DNA of 64,000 nucleotides from a bacterium (GTDB lineage: Bacteria; Patescibacteriota; Minisyncoccia; UBA6257; JAUSGH01): contig JAUSGH010000002.1 in NCBI GenBank assembly GCA_030649055.1, positions 5,357 to 69,356 on the forward strand, in the 5' to 3' direction. The position numbers and the translations under genes are program-made. Shown here one piece after another: positions 1 to 9,238 of the stretch (position 1 is its first letter; the number at the start of each line of letters is the position of its first letter). The notes beneath the pieces were generated by a model, which worked only from the letters and a program-made list of their open reading frames with translations, did no database searches and was not told where the DNA came from.

Positions 1-525
1 CGCAGAAACCTCATTTGACGTTACGATGGAATTACTAAATGCATCCTCGGCGCGCACGACAAAATAATATGTCGTGCCGTTCGTGAGTCCGGTGACGGTC
101 GTCGTAAGCACGTTGCCGACCGAGGTATACGCATAACCGCTTCCGGCAGTCGTGCTTCGTCCCACGTTATAACCCCCGACCGTCCAACCGAGTGCGCCCA
201 CCGATGCCGTCCATGTCACTGTCACTTGGGCATCACCCGCAGCGGCGGTAGCAACCGGCGCATTCACGTACGGGTAATACAGAAATCCACCCTTCACGTC
301 AAAATTTGTTATCGTACTTTCGCCGATGGCCGGCTGCTGCAGCGCGCCATACAACTGAAAGTTTGATGATGCTCCATATCCGCCCGGCACCGCAATAACC
401 GGCGCGGAGATACGAAAATTTGACGACGTAAATTCTTGCGCAAACGCGGGTGGTGCGAAAAGGAGAATGGCGGAAATTAAACCCGCTACATAGATTAAGC
501 TTGCTTTGCGAGTTATGATACTCAT
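1..525 (-). CDS. secreted fibronectin type III-like domain protein, N-terminal part (gene runs off the window start)
   Basis: Manual minus-strand translation from the ATG at 525-523 gives MSIITRKASLIYVAGLISAILLFAPPAFAQEF..., a signal peptide. It continues with no stop to position 1, ending ...GLTNGTTYYFVVRAEDAFSNSIVTSNEVSA (FN3-like). It overlaps the upstream LamG gene by 4 bp (ATGA). It is absent from the ORF track because it is truncated. Confidence 0.5.
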   Translation of the reverse strand, partial: MSIITRKASLIYVAGLISAILLFAPPAFAQEFTSSNFRISAPVIAVPGGYGASSNFQLYGALQQPAIGESTITNFDVKGGFLYYPYVNAPVATAAAGDAQVTVTWTASVGALGWTVGGYNVGRSTTAGSGYAYTSVGNVLTTTVTGLTNGTTYYFVVRAEDAFSNSIVTSNEVSA

Positions 526-2030
526 TGTCTTGCGGAAGACAGATAAAGCTCATTAATTTCTGTCGCATTCAATGCGCGGTTGTAGATGCGGACGTCGTCA
601 ATTTGGCCGTTAAAAGGCACGTTGCTCCAATTCAGATCATCACCAATTCTCATCCCGCTCACCCCTGCATCAATCAACGCTTTCGTGTGAGCAAAAGTTC
701 CGCTTACCGATGGAGCGCCGTTAAGATACGCCGTTACGGTTGATCCATTAATAGATACGACGACGTGATTCCAAACATTATTATTTATCGTGAAAGCGAA
801 CTGCCCCCACTCTTGATTACTTTGGCCATCGTACGACACAAAATCAAGGACGGTTCCGCTCGTGATACGCAATATCCAGTTCCCATTAAACCCGACTGCA
901 GAATATTTATTACTTGACGCAAGCGCCTGAAGACCAGTTGTTGAACGACGATTAAACCACATCGAAATAGTCATTGTGGTTCCGAGAGATAATGATGAAC
1001 TCGCGGGGACGGCAACATAATCACTGCTCCCATTAAACGAAAGCGCCTGGCCCACAACCCCAGCTCGCACGCTTTTGTTTGTAAGTCCGACAGCATCTCC
1101 ATTATTCCCATTCCCCGACTTATCTAATATCTCCGCGCTAGCGCTTGCCCAATTCACATCCGGCCCATTAAACGACCACATACCGACGAGTCCATTGTTG
1201 AAACTGCTATTTTGGTTCGCGTTAATTGTTGTGCGATAACTTCCCTCTTCATAAAGGCGCTTAATCTCGTCAACGCTTAATGCGCGGTTGTAGATACGGA
1301 CATCGTCTATAGGGCCTGGAAAATTACCGTATGCAGAATACCTGCCGATCTCGGCGTTTCGAGCCGTAGTGCCATAACCAATACCTGAATTCGCCACAGG
1401 GGTCATGTCAAGAATGCCATTTATATATACATTCATAAATGACCCAGTCCATGTTGCGGCGACATGATACCATTGATTTGCGGCGAGAACAGTTTTTGAA
1501 TCCGCCGTTACCCAGACGCCGTTAAATATATAAAGACGGATGACATTCGTGGAAAGACCCGTCAAGAAAAATCCGCCAGTTGAGTTAGATGCTTCCGGTG
1601 AAGCAAAAATGCCGCTCCATGTCACCATATTCGCGGTACGCTTAACCCAAGCCGATACCGTAAAAGCAGTAGTAGGCTTGAGCGTCGCGGATTGCGTAAG
1701 GGCAATGTAATCGTTACTACCATCAAAACTAGCTGCGTTGCCCACCCTACCAGAAGCAGTATGAAGATTTGCCACCGTAACATTGTCGTACATTGTTCCG
1801 GCGTTGTTGTTGCCGCTCCTATCGGTGGTCGTGGTGCACGTATCACACTCATCAAAATTCCAATGACCAACTAAGCCATTTTTCGGCGATGAGCGAATAC
1901 GCACAATCCCCTGCGCCACCTTCAATAATTTCATCGTCGCTTCCGCCAACGGCTGGCGCCAATAAAACCCGGCGCTAAAAATACCGAGTACAGTGGCGGC
2001 AATAATTATTTTTTTTTGACGGCCGTACAT
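522..2030 (-). CDS. secreted LamG / concanavalin-A-like lectin domain protein (two LamG-like repeats)
   Basis: 502-aa ORF with an N-terminal hydrophobic anchor. The motif DDVRIYNRAL(S/N)xxEI occurs twice, which is typical of LamG/ConA-like lectin domains. It overlaps the downstream FN3 gene by 4 bp. Confidence 0.65.
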   Translation of the reverse strand: MYGRQKKIIIAATVLGIFSAGFYWRQPLAEATMKLLKVAQGIVRIRSSPKNGLVGHWNFDECDTCTTTTDRSGNNNAGTMYDNVTVANLHTASGRVGNAASFDGSNDYIALTQSATLKPTTAFTVSAWVKRTANMVTWSGIFASPEASNSTGGFFLTGLSTNVIRLYIFNGVWVTADSKTVLAANQWYHVAATWTGSFMNVYINGILDMTPVANSGIGYGTTARNAEIGRYSAYGNFPGPIDDVRIYNRALSVDEIKRLYEEGSYRTTINANQNSSFNNGLVGMWSFNGPDVNWASASAEILDKSGNGNNGDAVGLTNKSVRAGVVGQALSFNGSSDYVAVPASSSLSLGTTMTISMWFNRRSTTGLQALASSNKYSAVGFNGNWILRITSGTVLDFVSYDGQSNQEWGQFAFTINNNVWNHVVVSINGSTVTAYLNGAPSVSGTFAHTKALIDAGVSGMRIGDDLNWSNVPFNGQIDDVRIYNRALNATEINELYLSSARQ

Positions 2031-2134
2031 AAATAATATTATCTAACCCGTCAGCACAATGCGGGTTTATTATTCAGTATAACACTCATGCGAGCTTCTT
2101 CTCAAAGAAGTCGTGATTTGCTAGCATAAATGAG

Positions 2135-3445
2135 ATGCAAAAATCACTCGTCTACTTCATCGGCATCGGCGGCATCGGCATCAGCGCCCTGGCGCGCTGG
2201 TTCCGCGCGAACGGCTACGACGTTGCCGGTTCCGACCTTACCAAAAGCTCCACGACGGATGAACTCGCACGCGAGGGCATTGCCGTTGCCATCGGCGCGC
2301 ACGACGAGAAACGCATGTCTAAAAAAATCACACGCATCATCTACAACCAAGCCATTCGCGATGACAATCCCGAACTCGTACGCGCCAAAGAACTCGGCAT
2401 TCCCGTCTCCACGTATCCGCAGGCATTGGGCGAGCTCACAAAAATTTATAGGACAATAGCCATCGCCGGCGCGCACGGCAAAAGCACCACGACCTCAATG
2501 GTCGCGCTTATCATGCAGCGCGCAAAAATGGATCCCACAGTCATCGTCGGCACCAAACTCAAAGAATTCGGCAACCGAAATTTCCGCCGTGGCGGAAGTG
2601 ATCACCTCGTCATTGAAGCGGACGAATGGAAGGCGTCATTTCTGAATTACTTCCCGTTCGCGGCACTGGTCACAAACATTGATCGCGAGCATTTGGATTT
2701 TTACAAAAACTTTACCGCTATAAAAAAAGCATTCGTCCGATTTTTGGAAAACGTGCATCCCTATGGTCTCGTGGTGCTGAACAAGGACGACAAAAATTTA
2801 TTCGCGCTCCGAAAGCGCATCAAGCGTCCGCTTGTGTGGTATACGATCAAAAGTAAGGAAGCGGACGCAATCAAAAAAGTGATGCAAATTCCGGGCGAGC
2901 ACAACTGGTCGGACGCGACCGGTGCCTACACGCTCTGCCGTGCCCTCGGTATCAAAAAAAGCGTCATTTTATCAGCAATTTCTCACTATACCGGTGCGTG
3001 GCGCCGCAGCGAATTCCGAGGGCGTTTCCTAGGGAGTGATGTCTACGACGACTACGGCCATCACCCCACCGAAATCAAAGCGACGCTCGCGGGATTCCGC
3101 GAAAAATTCCCTAATCGGAAAATCATTTGCGTCTTCCAACCGCATCAGCGCGAACGGTTGAAGTTACTGTTCAAAGATTTTGTCGGCGCGTTTGACTCGG
3201 CCGACGATGTCGTCCTACTCCCCCTGTACGCCGTCGCCGGCCGAGATGCCGGATCTGCGTCCGTCTCATCCGAAAAATTAGCGCTCGCGATTGAAAAGCG
3301 TTCCGGAAAAAATATCGCTGTCGCAACGTCGGTTTCCGCGCTCAAAAAAATTCTTGCCGACTTGCGCGTTCAGAATAAAGAAACTATCGTCATCATGATG
3401 GGCGCGGGAAGCATCAATGAGTGGAGCGACAAGTTAATCCAATAA
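2135..3445 (+). CDS. murC: UDP-N-acetylmuramate--L-alanine ligase-like Mur ligase
   Basis: N-terminal YFIGIGGIGISALA Rossmann motif, GAHGKSTTTSM P-loop and DEWKASF...NIDREHLDFY Mur ligase middle-domain motifs. 436 aa. Confidence 0.7.
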   Translation: MQKSLVYFIGIGGIGISALARWFRANGYDVAGSDLTKSSTTDELAREGIAVAIGAHDEKRMSKKITRIIYNQAIRDDNPELVRAKELGIPVSTYPQALGELTKIYRTIAIAGAHGKSTTTSMVALIMQRAKMDPTVIVGTKLKEFGNRNFRRGGSDHLVIEADEWKASFLNYFPFAALVTNIDREHLDFYKNFTAIKKAFVRFLENVHPYGLVVLNKDDKNLFALRKRIKRPLVWYTIKSKEADAIKKVMQIPGEHNWSDATGAYTLCRALGIKKSVILSAISHYTGAWRRSEFRGRFLGSDVYDDYGHHPTEIKATLAGFREKFPNRKIICVFQPHQRERLKLLFKDFVGAFDSADDVVLLPLYAVAGRDAGSASVSSEKLALAIEKRSGKNIAVATSVSALKKILADLRVQNKETIVIMMGAGSINEWSDKLIQ

Positions 3446-3470
3446 GTCCTATTGGTCTTATGAGTCCTAT

Positions 3471-4247
3471 TTGTCCTATATGAGCTTATTTGATTACAAA
3501 GACGAAGATCAGTTTAGGGAAAAATGTGGTTACACCATTGACGGCTTGTGGTATCCGCGCGTGACGAAAATTCTTGACATCAAGTCAAAGCCCGCGCTCT
3601 ATTATTACTACGGCGAAGCCAAAAGCTACAAAGCCGCACAAGAAGCAACCGAACTCTCCGCGAAAGAAGGCACGCTCGTCCACGAAACCGTACAGAAATT
3701 ATTAGTCGGCGAACATCCCCCGATTGATCCCTCTATCCGCCCCGCGGTGGAGGGCGCCATGAAATTCGTAGAGGAACACGGCATACAATTTGACGCGGCA
3801 TATATTGAAAAACGCATTTGCAACAAAGACGCGCGCTACGCGGGAACGATTGACGCGATTGCCTTAATCAACGGCCAGCTCGGCGTGCTGGACATCAAAA
3901 CCTCGCAGGCAATTTACCGCGACTACAACCTCCAAACCTCGGCATACATGGCGGCGCTGACACCGGAAATAAAAAACTTGAACACGCGCTGGATCTTCCG
4001 CATTGACCAAAATAAAACGTGCTTCCGTTGCAACGCAACCCTCCGGCCCAAAGGAGGACGCGAAAAAATCCGCCGCGGCAACCACGTGCTCTGCGCGGAA
4101 AACGATCACGACTGGGGCCCCCTAACCGGCGTTCCCGAACTTAAAGAAATGCCATTTTGGAAAGCAGATTTTGAAGGATTTTTGGGCGCCAAAAAACTCT
4201 GGGAGTGGGAGAACGAGAGCTGGTTAAAGAAAATTGGCTATTGTTAG
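3471..4247 (+). CDS. PD-(D/E)XK (RecB/Cas4-like) nuclease family protein with inserted Cys4 zinc ribbon
   Basis: Motifs GTIDAIAL...LDIKTS...QAIY match the D / (D/E)xK / QxxxY signature of RecB-family nucleases. CFRC...C...C cluster near the C-terminus. Confidence 0.55.
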   Translation: MSYMSLFDYKDEDQFREKCGYTIDGLWYPRVTKILDIKSKPALYYYYGEAKSYKAAQEATELSAKEGTLVHETVQKLLVGEHPPIDPSIRPAVEGAMKFVEEHGIQFDAAYIEKRICNKDARYAGTIDAIALINGQLGVLDIKTSQAIYRDYNLQTSAYMAALTPEIKNLNTRWIFRIDQNKTCFRCNATLRPKGGREKIRRGNHVLCAENDHDWGPLTGVPELKEMPFWKADFEGFLGAKKLWEWENESWLKKIGYC

Positions 4248-4279
4248 CCGATGTAAATTTCTCATATTTCATTAAGGTT

Positions 4280-4400
4280 GTCCTTCGATCAACTCAGGAA
4301 CTAAAATTTTTATTCCCTGAGCGGAGGCGCTAGCAAGCGCCGTAGTCGAAGGGCTACGATATTCAGAAATTTTATTCCCTGAGCTTGTCGAAGGGCTACT
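4280..4400. repeat. tandem cluster of RPE-like palindromic element arms (one left arm, two right arms, one carrying an internal hairpin insertion)
   Basis: TCCTTCGATCAACTCAGGA...TTATTCCCTGAGC[GGAGGCGCTAGCAAGCGCCGTAG]TCGAAGGGCTAC...TTATTCCCTGAGCTTGTCGAAGGGCTAC, between convergent genes. Confidence 0.75.
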
Positions 4401-4407
4401 ATGAACG

Positions 4408-6765
4408 CTATCCCCTCAGCCGCTTCATAATGTCTTCTTCGATTGCCCGCAAATCCCCTCCGTAACGCTTGCGGGATTGCTCGCGAAGAATATGCAGCGA
4501 ATCCTCTTGGTCCCTGGACGCGCGGATGGTTTGGATGTTAAAGGGAGGCGCTGTCTGCCCGCCAATCAGGAGCTTCGCGTACGCGTTGTAGTTATCAATG
4601 TTGATAAGGTCGCCTTTCGTAAACGTCGGCTCAAACTGCTTCACGAGAAACTCGGCATCCGCCGCTCCCACGCGGAACACGACTAAAGACCCGACGTTGC
4701 CGAACACCGCGTCGCGGATTTTCTCCTGCAGTTGCGCGATAAACTGGTGCGCAACAACGAGGTCTAGGTGATATTTGCGCGCCTCGGAAAGAATGGTGGC
4801 GATGGAATCCGTCGTAAAGTTTTGGAACTCATCAATGTAAAGATAAAAATCGCGCCGCTTCGGCTCCGGCACATCCACGCGCGATAATGATGCCATCAAA
4901 AGCTTCCCCACGATCACCATACCCAAAAGTCCGGCGTTAATGTCGCCGATGCGCCCCTTCGCGAGGTTCACGAGCAAAATTTTCCCTTCGTCCATCACTT
5001 TGCGGAAATTGAACGCCGACTTCCGCTGACCGATAATCGGGCGCACGTAATCGTTCGCGATGAAGTTGTTGAACTTGGAAGTGATATACGGCGTCATGTT
5101 GGCAAGCGACGCTTCGCCGCCGGCTTTCACCGCCTCTTTCTCCCAGAAATCAATTACCGTAGGGTTGTGAATCCGCGCGAGTTTTCGTTTCCGGAACTCC
5201 ACGTCCGTAAAAATACGCGGCACCTCCATCAGCGTTGCCGGTTCGTTCTCCGCGTCTTCCATCAGGAGCAGTAAGGCGTTCCGCATATACTGCTCAAACA
5301 TCGGGCCCATTGTTTCTTGCGAAAAAAGTTTATTGAAAATACCCTGCATTTCATTCACAATAAACGTCTTTTGCTCCGGATAATTCGGGTCATATTCCAG
5401 CATATTTAAGCCCAGCGGATACATCCGGTCGCCCGGGTCAAACACAATCACGTCGTCATAACGCTCCGGCGGAATTGCCGCGAGAATCGCGTCCACCAAA
5501 TCTCCATGCGGATCTATGATTGCCGCGCCTTTCCCGGCGGCGATGTCCGCCCGCACCATATTGACGAGCAGGTTAGATTTACCCGTGCCGGTCTGACCGA
5601 CAACATACACATGCCGCCGCCGATCCTCATCGGTAATATAAATCGGCTTGCGCTCGCCGCGATACAAACTTTCGCCGATAAGCGTGCCACCCTTAGGAAG
5701 CGCCGACGGAGGAGCCGCCTCGCGCGCCTTCACGGCCTTCACGCGCGGAATGTCCGTCGTCGCAATCGGGAAATGAAAAATACTCGCGAGTTCATCGGAG
5801 GAAAGTATCATCGCCTCACTAGAGTCATATTCGCGAAAAATATATTTATAAATGGCCTTGCGCGTGTCACTATATTGTTTCACCTGAAACTCGTTGCGCT
5901 GCGGCGAATAAAACTGCGCGAATGATCCGCTGAGTCCCTCCAATAATTCAGAAGCACGGTATGGCGTCGGCGCCGAAGCAATCAACCGCACATTCACGCT
6001 AAACAAAGGCTTGCTGATTTTTTGATCCAGCGCCTTAATCGCATCCTCGTCAATAATCTTTTGTTCTTTATCCTTTTTTTCTCTGTCCGCTTTGGAAAGC
6101 GGCAATTCAATGCGCGCATGCAACACGTGCTCCAGCTTTTCTCCTTTTTTGAGTTTTGAAATAAAATGCGAGATTTTTGACTTTGTTCCGCGCGGCGCTG
6201 CTGCCACAACAACCTGCAGGGCAATCCCCTCGCCCACCGTGTTCATTTTTGAGAAGTTACTGAGGAGAGGCGCGAACGTGTCCACTTTCGCCTCGGCGTA
6301 CGTGCGCACCGGCAACGCGTAATGCTTTTTGAGTTTCACGTACGCGGCAACCACCTCGCCCTGCGGGTTAAAAATGGTGTAGTCCTCATGCACGGTGTCC
6401 ACCTGCGATTGCGGCCACAGTCCCTGAATTTGCCGAGCGGCAAACTCCGCGTATGGCCGCTCCACCGCGATATAAAACACAATTTCCTCGCCAACATTAT
6501 GCACCGCGATTTCAAATACCGCAGGCGCGTCCGGTTTTACGAGCAACGACAGGAGCTGCGACGTAAGCGCAATTTCGTTCAACGGATCAGCGGTCGTTCC
6601 TTTGTGCTCTTCCGTCGCGCGCACCGGCAACCGCACCAAGAGCAGTCGGCGGTTCAGCGCCTGCGCCAGTCGCTGATGACGCAAATACCGCCGAAGAAAA
6701 TAACCCCCGACTATCGTAGCGCCAACCGCCGCGAATATGATACTGAATGTCAAAGGAGAAACCAT
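4408..6765 (-). CDS. VirD4/TraD/TraG-like (FtsK-HerA superfamily, DUF87-type) membrane-anchored ATPase
   Basis: 785 aa with an N-terminal TM helix. Walker A VYVVGQTGTGKSN followed by IIDPHGDL, Walker B YIDEFQNF, and VVAHQ, as in type IV secretion coupling proteins. Confidence 0.6.
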   Translation of the reverse strand: MVSPLTFSIIFAAVGATIVGGYFLRRYLRHQRLAQALNRRLLLVRLPVRATEEHKGTTADPLNEIALTSQLLSLLVKPDAPAVFEIAVHNVGEEIVFYIAVERPYAEFAARQIQGLWPQSQVDTVHEDYTIFNPQGEVVAAYVKLKKHYALPVRTYAEAKVDTFAPLLSNFSKMNTVGEGIALQVVVAAAPRGTKSKISHFISKLKKGEKLEHVLHARIELPLSKADREKKDKEQKIIDEDAIKALDQKISKPLFSVNVRLIASAPTPYRASELLEGLSGSFAQFYSPQRNEFQVKQYSDTRKAIYKYIFREYDSSEAMILSSDELASIFHFPIATTDIPRVKAVKAREAAPPSALPKGGTLIGESLYRGERKPIYITDEDRRRHVYVVGQTGTGKSNLLVNMVRADIAAGKGAAIIDPHGDLVDAILAAIPPERYDDVIVFDPGDRMYPLGLNMLEYDPNYPEQKTFIVNEMQGIFNKLFSQETMGPMFEQYMRNALLLLMEDAENEPATLMEVPRIFTDVEFRKRKLARIHNPTVIDFWEKEAVKAGGEASLANMTPYITSKFNNFIANDYVRPIIGQRKSAFNFRKVMDEGKILLVNLAKGRIGDINAGLLGMVIVGKLLMASLSRVDVPEPKRRDFYLYIDEFQNFTTDSIATILSEARKYHLDLVVAHQFIAQLQEKIRDAVFGNVGSLVVFRVGAADAEFLVKQFEPTFTKGDLINIDNYNAYAKLLIGGQTAPPFNIQTIRASRDQEDSLHILREQSRKRYGGDLRAIEEDIMKRLRG

Positions 6766-6775
6766 ATATGGTACT

Positions 6776-6806
6776 TATTCCCTGAGCTTGTCGAAGGGAT
6801 ACATTA
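6776..6806. repeat. RPE-like palindromic element, single arm
   Basis: TTATTCCCTGAGCTTGTCGAAGGGATAC. Confidence 0.7.
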
Positions 6807-7202
6807 AAGCAACCCGCGTCTGACCATCTCCTCATGCAACTTTCCCGTCAACGCATCGTGGAACATATCCAAAAGCGCCGGACCGTCTTTTTGCTTTGCG
6901 AGCGCCCGCGCCTCCGCAACCGCCGCGTCAATACCCTTGTGCCACGCAACGTCCACCAACTGCTCAACCTTCAACCGCATCTCGGGAGTCGCGTCGTCGG
7001 AATACGCTGGAAGCGGTGACGCGCCGGCCGATGCCGCCGCCTCATGCCCCGCCCCGCCCGCCGGTTCTCCCTCGCGGATTTTTGCGCCCAACGCGGCCTT
7101 AATCACCTCGCGGCTTTCAATTTCTTTTTGCCGCTCCACCTCCACCGCAAGCCGCTTCATATCCGCCTCTAAGCTACCATGTTCATCAAACTTTTGTTCC
7201 AT
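6804..7202 (-). CDS. hypothetical coiled-coil protein
   Basis: ORF track gives 6804..7454. Its N-terminal 84 codons run through tandem repeat elements, so the internal ATG at 7202 (MEQKFDEHG...), preceded by TATAAT, is the more plausible start. Confidence 0.4.
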   Translation of the reverse strand: MEQKFDEHGSLEADMKRLAVEVERQKEIESREVIKAALGAKIREGEPAGGAGHEAAASAGASPLPAYSDDATPEMRLKVEQLVDVAWHKGIDAAVAEARALAKQKDGPALLDMFHDALTGKLHEEMVRRGLL

Positions 7203-7226
7203 CGTTTTATTATAGCGCATCCTTGT

Positions 7227-7318
7227 CATTGCGAGGAGACCGACAGCCATCGGCCGACGAAGCAATCTTACATTATCGTCCGTCATTGCGAAGCCGACCG
7301 CGGTCGGCTGTGGCAATC
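7227..7318. repeat. two tandem GTCATTGCGAGG-[variable hairpin]-GAAGCAATCTTAC elements (family C)
   Basis: GTCATTGCGAGGAGACCGACAGCCATCGGCCGACGAAGCAATCTTACATT + GTCATTGCGAAGCCGACCGCGGTCGGCTGTGGCAATCTCAC. Related copies at 21781-21821 (inverted), 52381-52418 and a variant at 21700-21760. Confidence 0.6.
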
Positions 7319-7327
7319 TCACTCTCC

Positions 7328-7355
7328 TTATTTCCTGAGCCTGTCGAAGGAATAC
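7328..7355. repeat. RPE-like palindromic element, single arm
   Basis: TTATTTCCTGAGCCTGTCGAAGGAATAC. Confidence 0.7.
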
Positions 7356-7413
7356 ATTAAAAAGAAAACCAGCCGCCCCATCGGGAACGGCTGGCATTCG
7401 CGTCTGGCCTGTG

Positions 7414-7674
7414 CTACCCCAGCTTCTTCCTGTTCCTGGCCGCCTCAATCGCAACCGGAGGCGTGTTCTCCAACCTCACATCGGTTTCGCACGAAGGACA
7501 GGCAACGTGATACTCGAGGAATCCTTCCAAGCCCCCGACCTCCTTCACGTCTTCCGCCTTCACGCAGTAGACCGCAGCACAGTCCGGATGCTTGCAGGTC
7601 AACTTCTTGCTCCACTCCTTCGGACCTTCCAGGATCTCCGCCATGGCTAACTCCTCCAAAACGAACACATTCAT
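7414..7674 (-). CDS. small zinc-ribbon protein (CxxC...CxxC), hypothetical
   Basis: 86-aa ORF with Cys pairs (CKHPDC ... CPSC). No homology recognised. Confidence 0.3.
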   Translation of the reverse strand: MNVFVLEELAMAEILEGPKEWSKKLTCKHPDCAAVYCVKAEDVKEVGGLEGFLEYHVACPSCETDVRLENTPPVAIEAARNRKKLG

Positions 7675-7865
7675 TATACGCTCTATCTAAGCAAAAGTCA
7701 AGCATTTATACTCCACCATTACGCGGCCGCGTATTAGTGGAGTAATGTTAGTGCGCGCTCTCCCGCAAGCACAACGCTAAAAACCGTAAACGGCTCAACG
7801 GCAGTGCGCTGTTGAGCCGTTAAAAAACATAGGATTTATCTTCTTTTTTAACATCAAAAAATGCT

Positions 7866-8136
7866 TAAAATCAAAGGCGTGCAACGCCTACCTTATCATC
7901 ACTCCTACCTCCAAAGAATGGTGCTCCACAAAAAGGCGCGGCGCTCATTTTCGGCAACATATTGGAGCGATGCGTGAAATTCACGAGTAAAGAAATCGCG
8001 AAGTCGGAACAATGGCGCTGTGTGAATCCCGCAGGTCCGATGGCCATCGGACCGGAGGTTGAGTTCGCCTTGTTCCGGTAACTTCCGCGATTTTTTACGA
8101 ATAGAATTTCCGCGAGCGGAAATCGTTGCTGAAAAT
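7866..8136. other. conserved ~270-330 nt multi-hairpin element, copy 1 of 3 (candidate structured ncRNA / non-autonomous mobile element)
   Basis: Shares with copies at 16180-16451 and 53815-54140 a 5' hairpin plus TACCTTATCATCACTC, the core CGAAGTCGGAACAATGGCGCTGTGTGAATCCCG, a variable perfect hairpin (here GGTCCGATGG/CCATCGGACC) and GAAGGTTGAGTTCGCCTTGTTCCGGTAAC. Confidence 0.6.
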
Positions 8137-8242
8137 GAGCGCGGCGCCGCTCTAGTATTCGAGGCGGAGCGGGTAAGAAAAAGAATGGGGCGGCGAAACA
8201 CAAAAAATCGTCGACAAAAATAAGCGCGGCGGCATCCTAATC

Positions 8243-9238
8243 CTACCCGTGCTTAATTTCCACAACATCTCCATCCTGCACCACATACTCCTTCCCTTCC
8301 TGCCGTAGCCACCCCTTCTGCCTCGCCGCGCTCCACGTAACAGCCTCCAACAACTTCTGCCAATTAATCGTCTCCATACGGATAAACTTCTTCTCAAAAT
8401 CCGTATGAATCACGCCTGCGGCTTGCGGAGCTTTCATCCCGCGCTCAATCGTCCACGCCCGCGTCTCATCTTCGCCCGTCGTAAAAAAACTGATCAAGTT
8501 CAAGCTCTTATACGCCTCGCGCACCAACTCCGGAATTTCACTAACCACACCCACATCAACAACGAGATACGAGGCACCTAGCGCTGTAATTTTATCTTTG
8601 AGCGCCTGCGGCACGTCCGCCTCCACGCCATTCAACAAATAAATCTGCGGCTTCGCGGAAAGCAACTGTAAGCCGCTGATCGCCGGCTCATGCCCCATAT
8701 CCAAAATCAACTCGCCTTTTTCCAACCGCGCTTTTGCTTTCTCCAACACCACAAGCTCCGCCGCAGCTTCCTTTTTCCCTCCGCGCGCTTCCTTGCCGGC
8801 GCTCTCCATCCTCTTCGCCACTGTGTCCAAATCCTTCAACACCAATTCGGTGTTGATAATGTCCATGTCGCGCAACGGATCCACGGTATTCTCCACGTGG
8901 ATAATTTCGCTGCCGCCGAAGCACCGCAGCACCTCCACAATCGCGCTACACTCGCGTATGTGCGACAGGAACTTGTTTCCCAATCCTTCACCCGTACTCG
9001 CCCCTTTCACAAGCCCCGCGATGTCATAAAACTCCACGATCGCCGGCACCCGCTTCTTTGATTTACTCATCGCAACCAACTTATCCACCCGCTCGTCGGG
9101 AACAGGAACAATGCCCACATTTGGGTCAATGGTACAAAAAGGATAATTCGCGATATTCACCTCATTCTTCGTGAGGATTTTGAACAGCGTTGACTTGCCG
9201 ACATTCGGGAGGCCAACAATGCCGATGGATAGTTTCAT
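8243..9238 (-). CDS. ychF: ribosome-binding ATPase YchF (Obg-family GTPase)
   Basis: MKLSIGIVGLPNVGKSTLF G1 motif, NYPFCTIDPN and a C-terminal TGS-like domain. Start taken at the ATG at 9238; the ORF track extends to 9259. Confidence 0.9.
   Translation of the reverse strand: MKLSIGIVGLPNVGKSTLFKILTKNEVNIANYPFCTIDPNVGIVPVPDERVDKLVAMSKSKKRVPAIVEFYDIAGLVKGASTGEGLGNKFLSHIRECSAIVEVLRCFGGSEIIHVENTVDPLRDMDIINTELVLKDLDTVAKRMESAGKEARGGKKEAAAELVVLEKAKARLEKGELILDMGHEPAISGLQLLSAKPQIYLLNGVEADVPQALKDKITALGASYLVVDVGVVSEIPELVREAYKSLNLISFFTTGEDETRAWTIERGMKAPQAAGVIHTDFEKKFIRMETINWQKLLEAVTWSAARQKGWLRQEGKEYVVQDGDVVEIKHG

Noticed and set aside
6804-7454. Full 216-aa version of the ORF 6804..7454
   Set aside because: The N-terminal 84 codons read through tandem family C repeats and a palindromic-element arm. 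The internal ATG at 7202 with an upstream TATAAT gives a more plausible 132-aa product.
7871-8203. ORF-track proteins inside the three conserved ~300-nt elements (7871..8203, 7905..8201, 16202..16495, 53986..54330)
   Set aside because: Their amino-acid similarity simply mirrors nucleotide conservation. The reading frames differ between copies. The variable hairpin introduces frame-incompatible replacements. So they are not coding.
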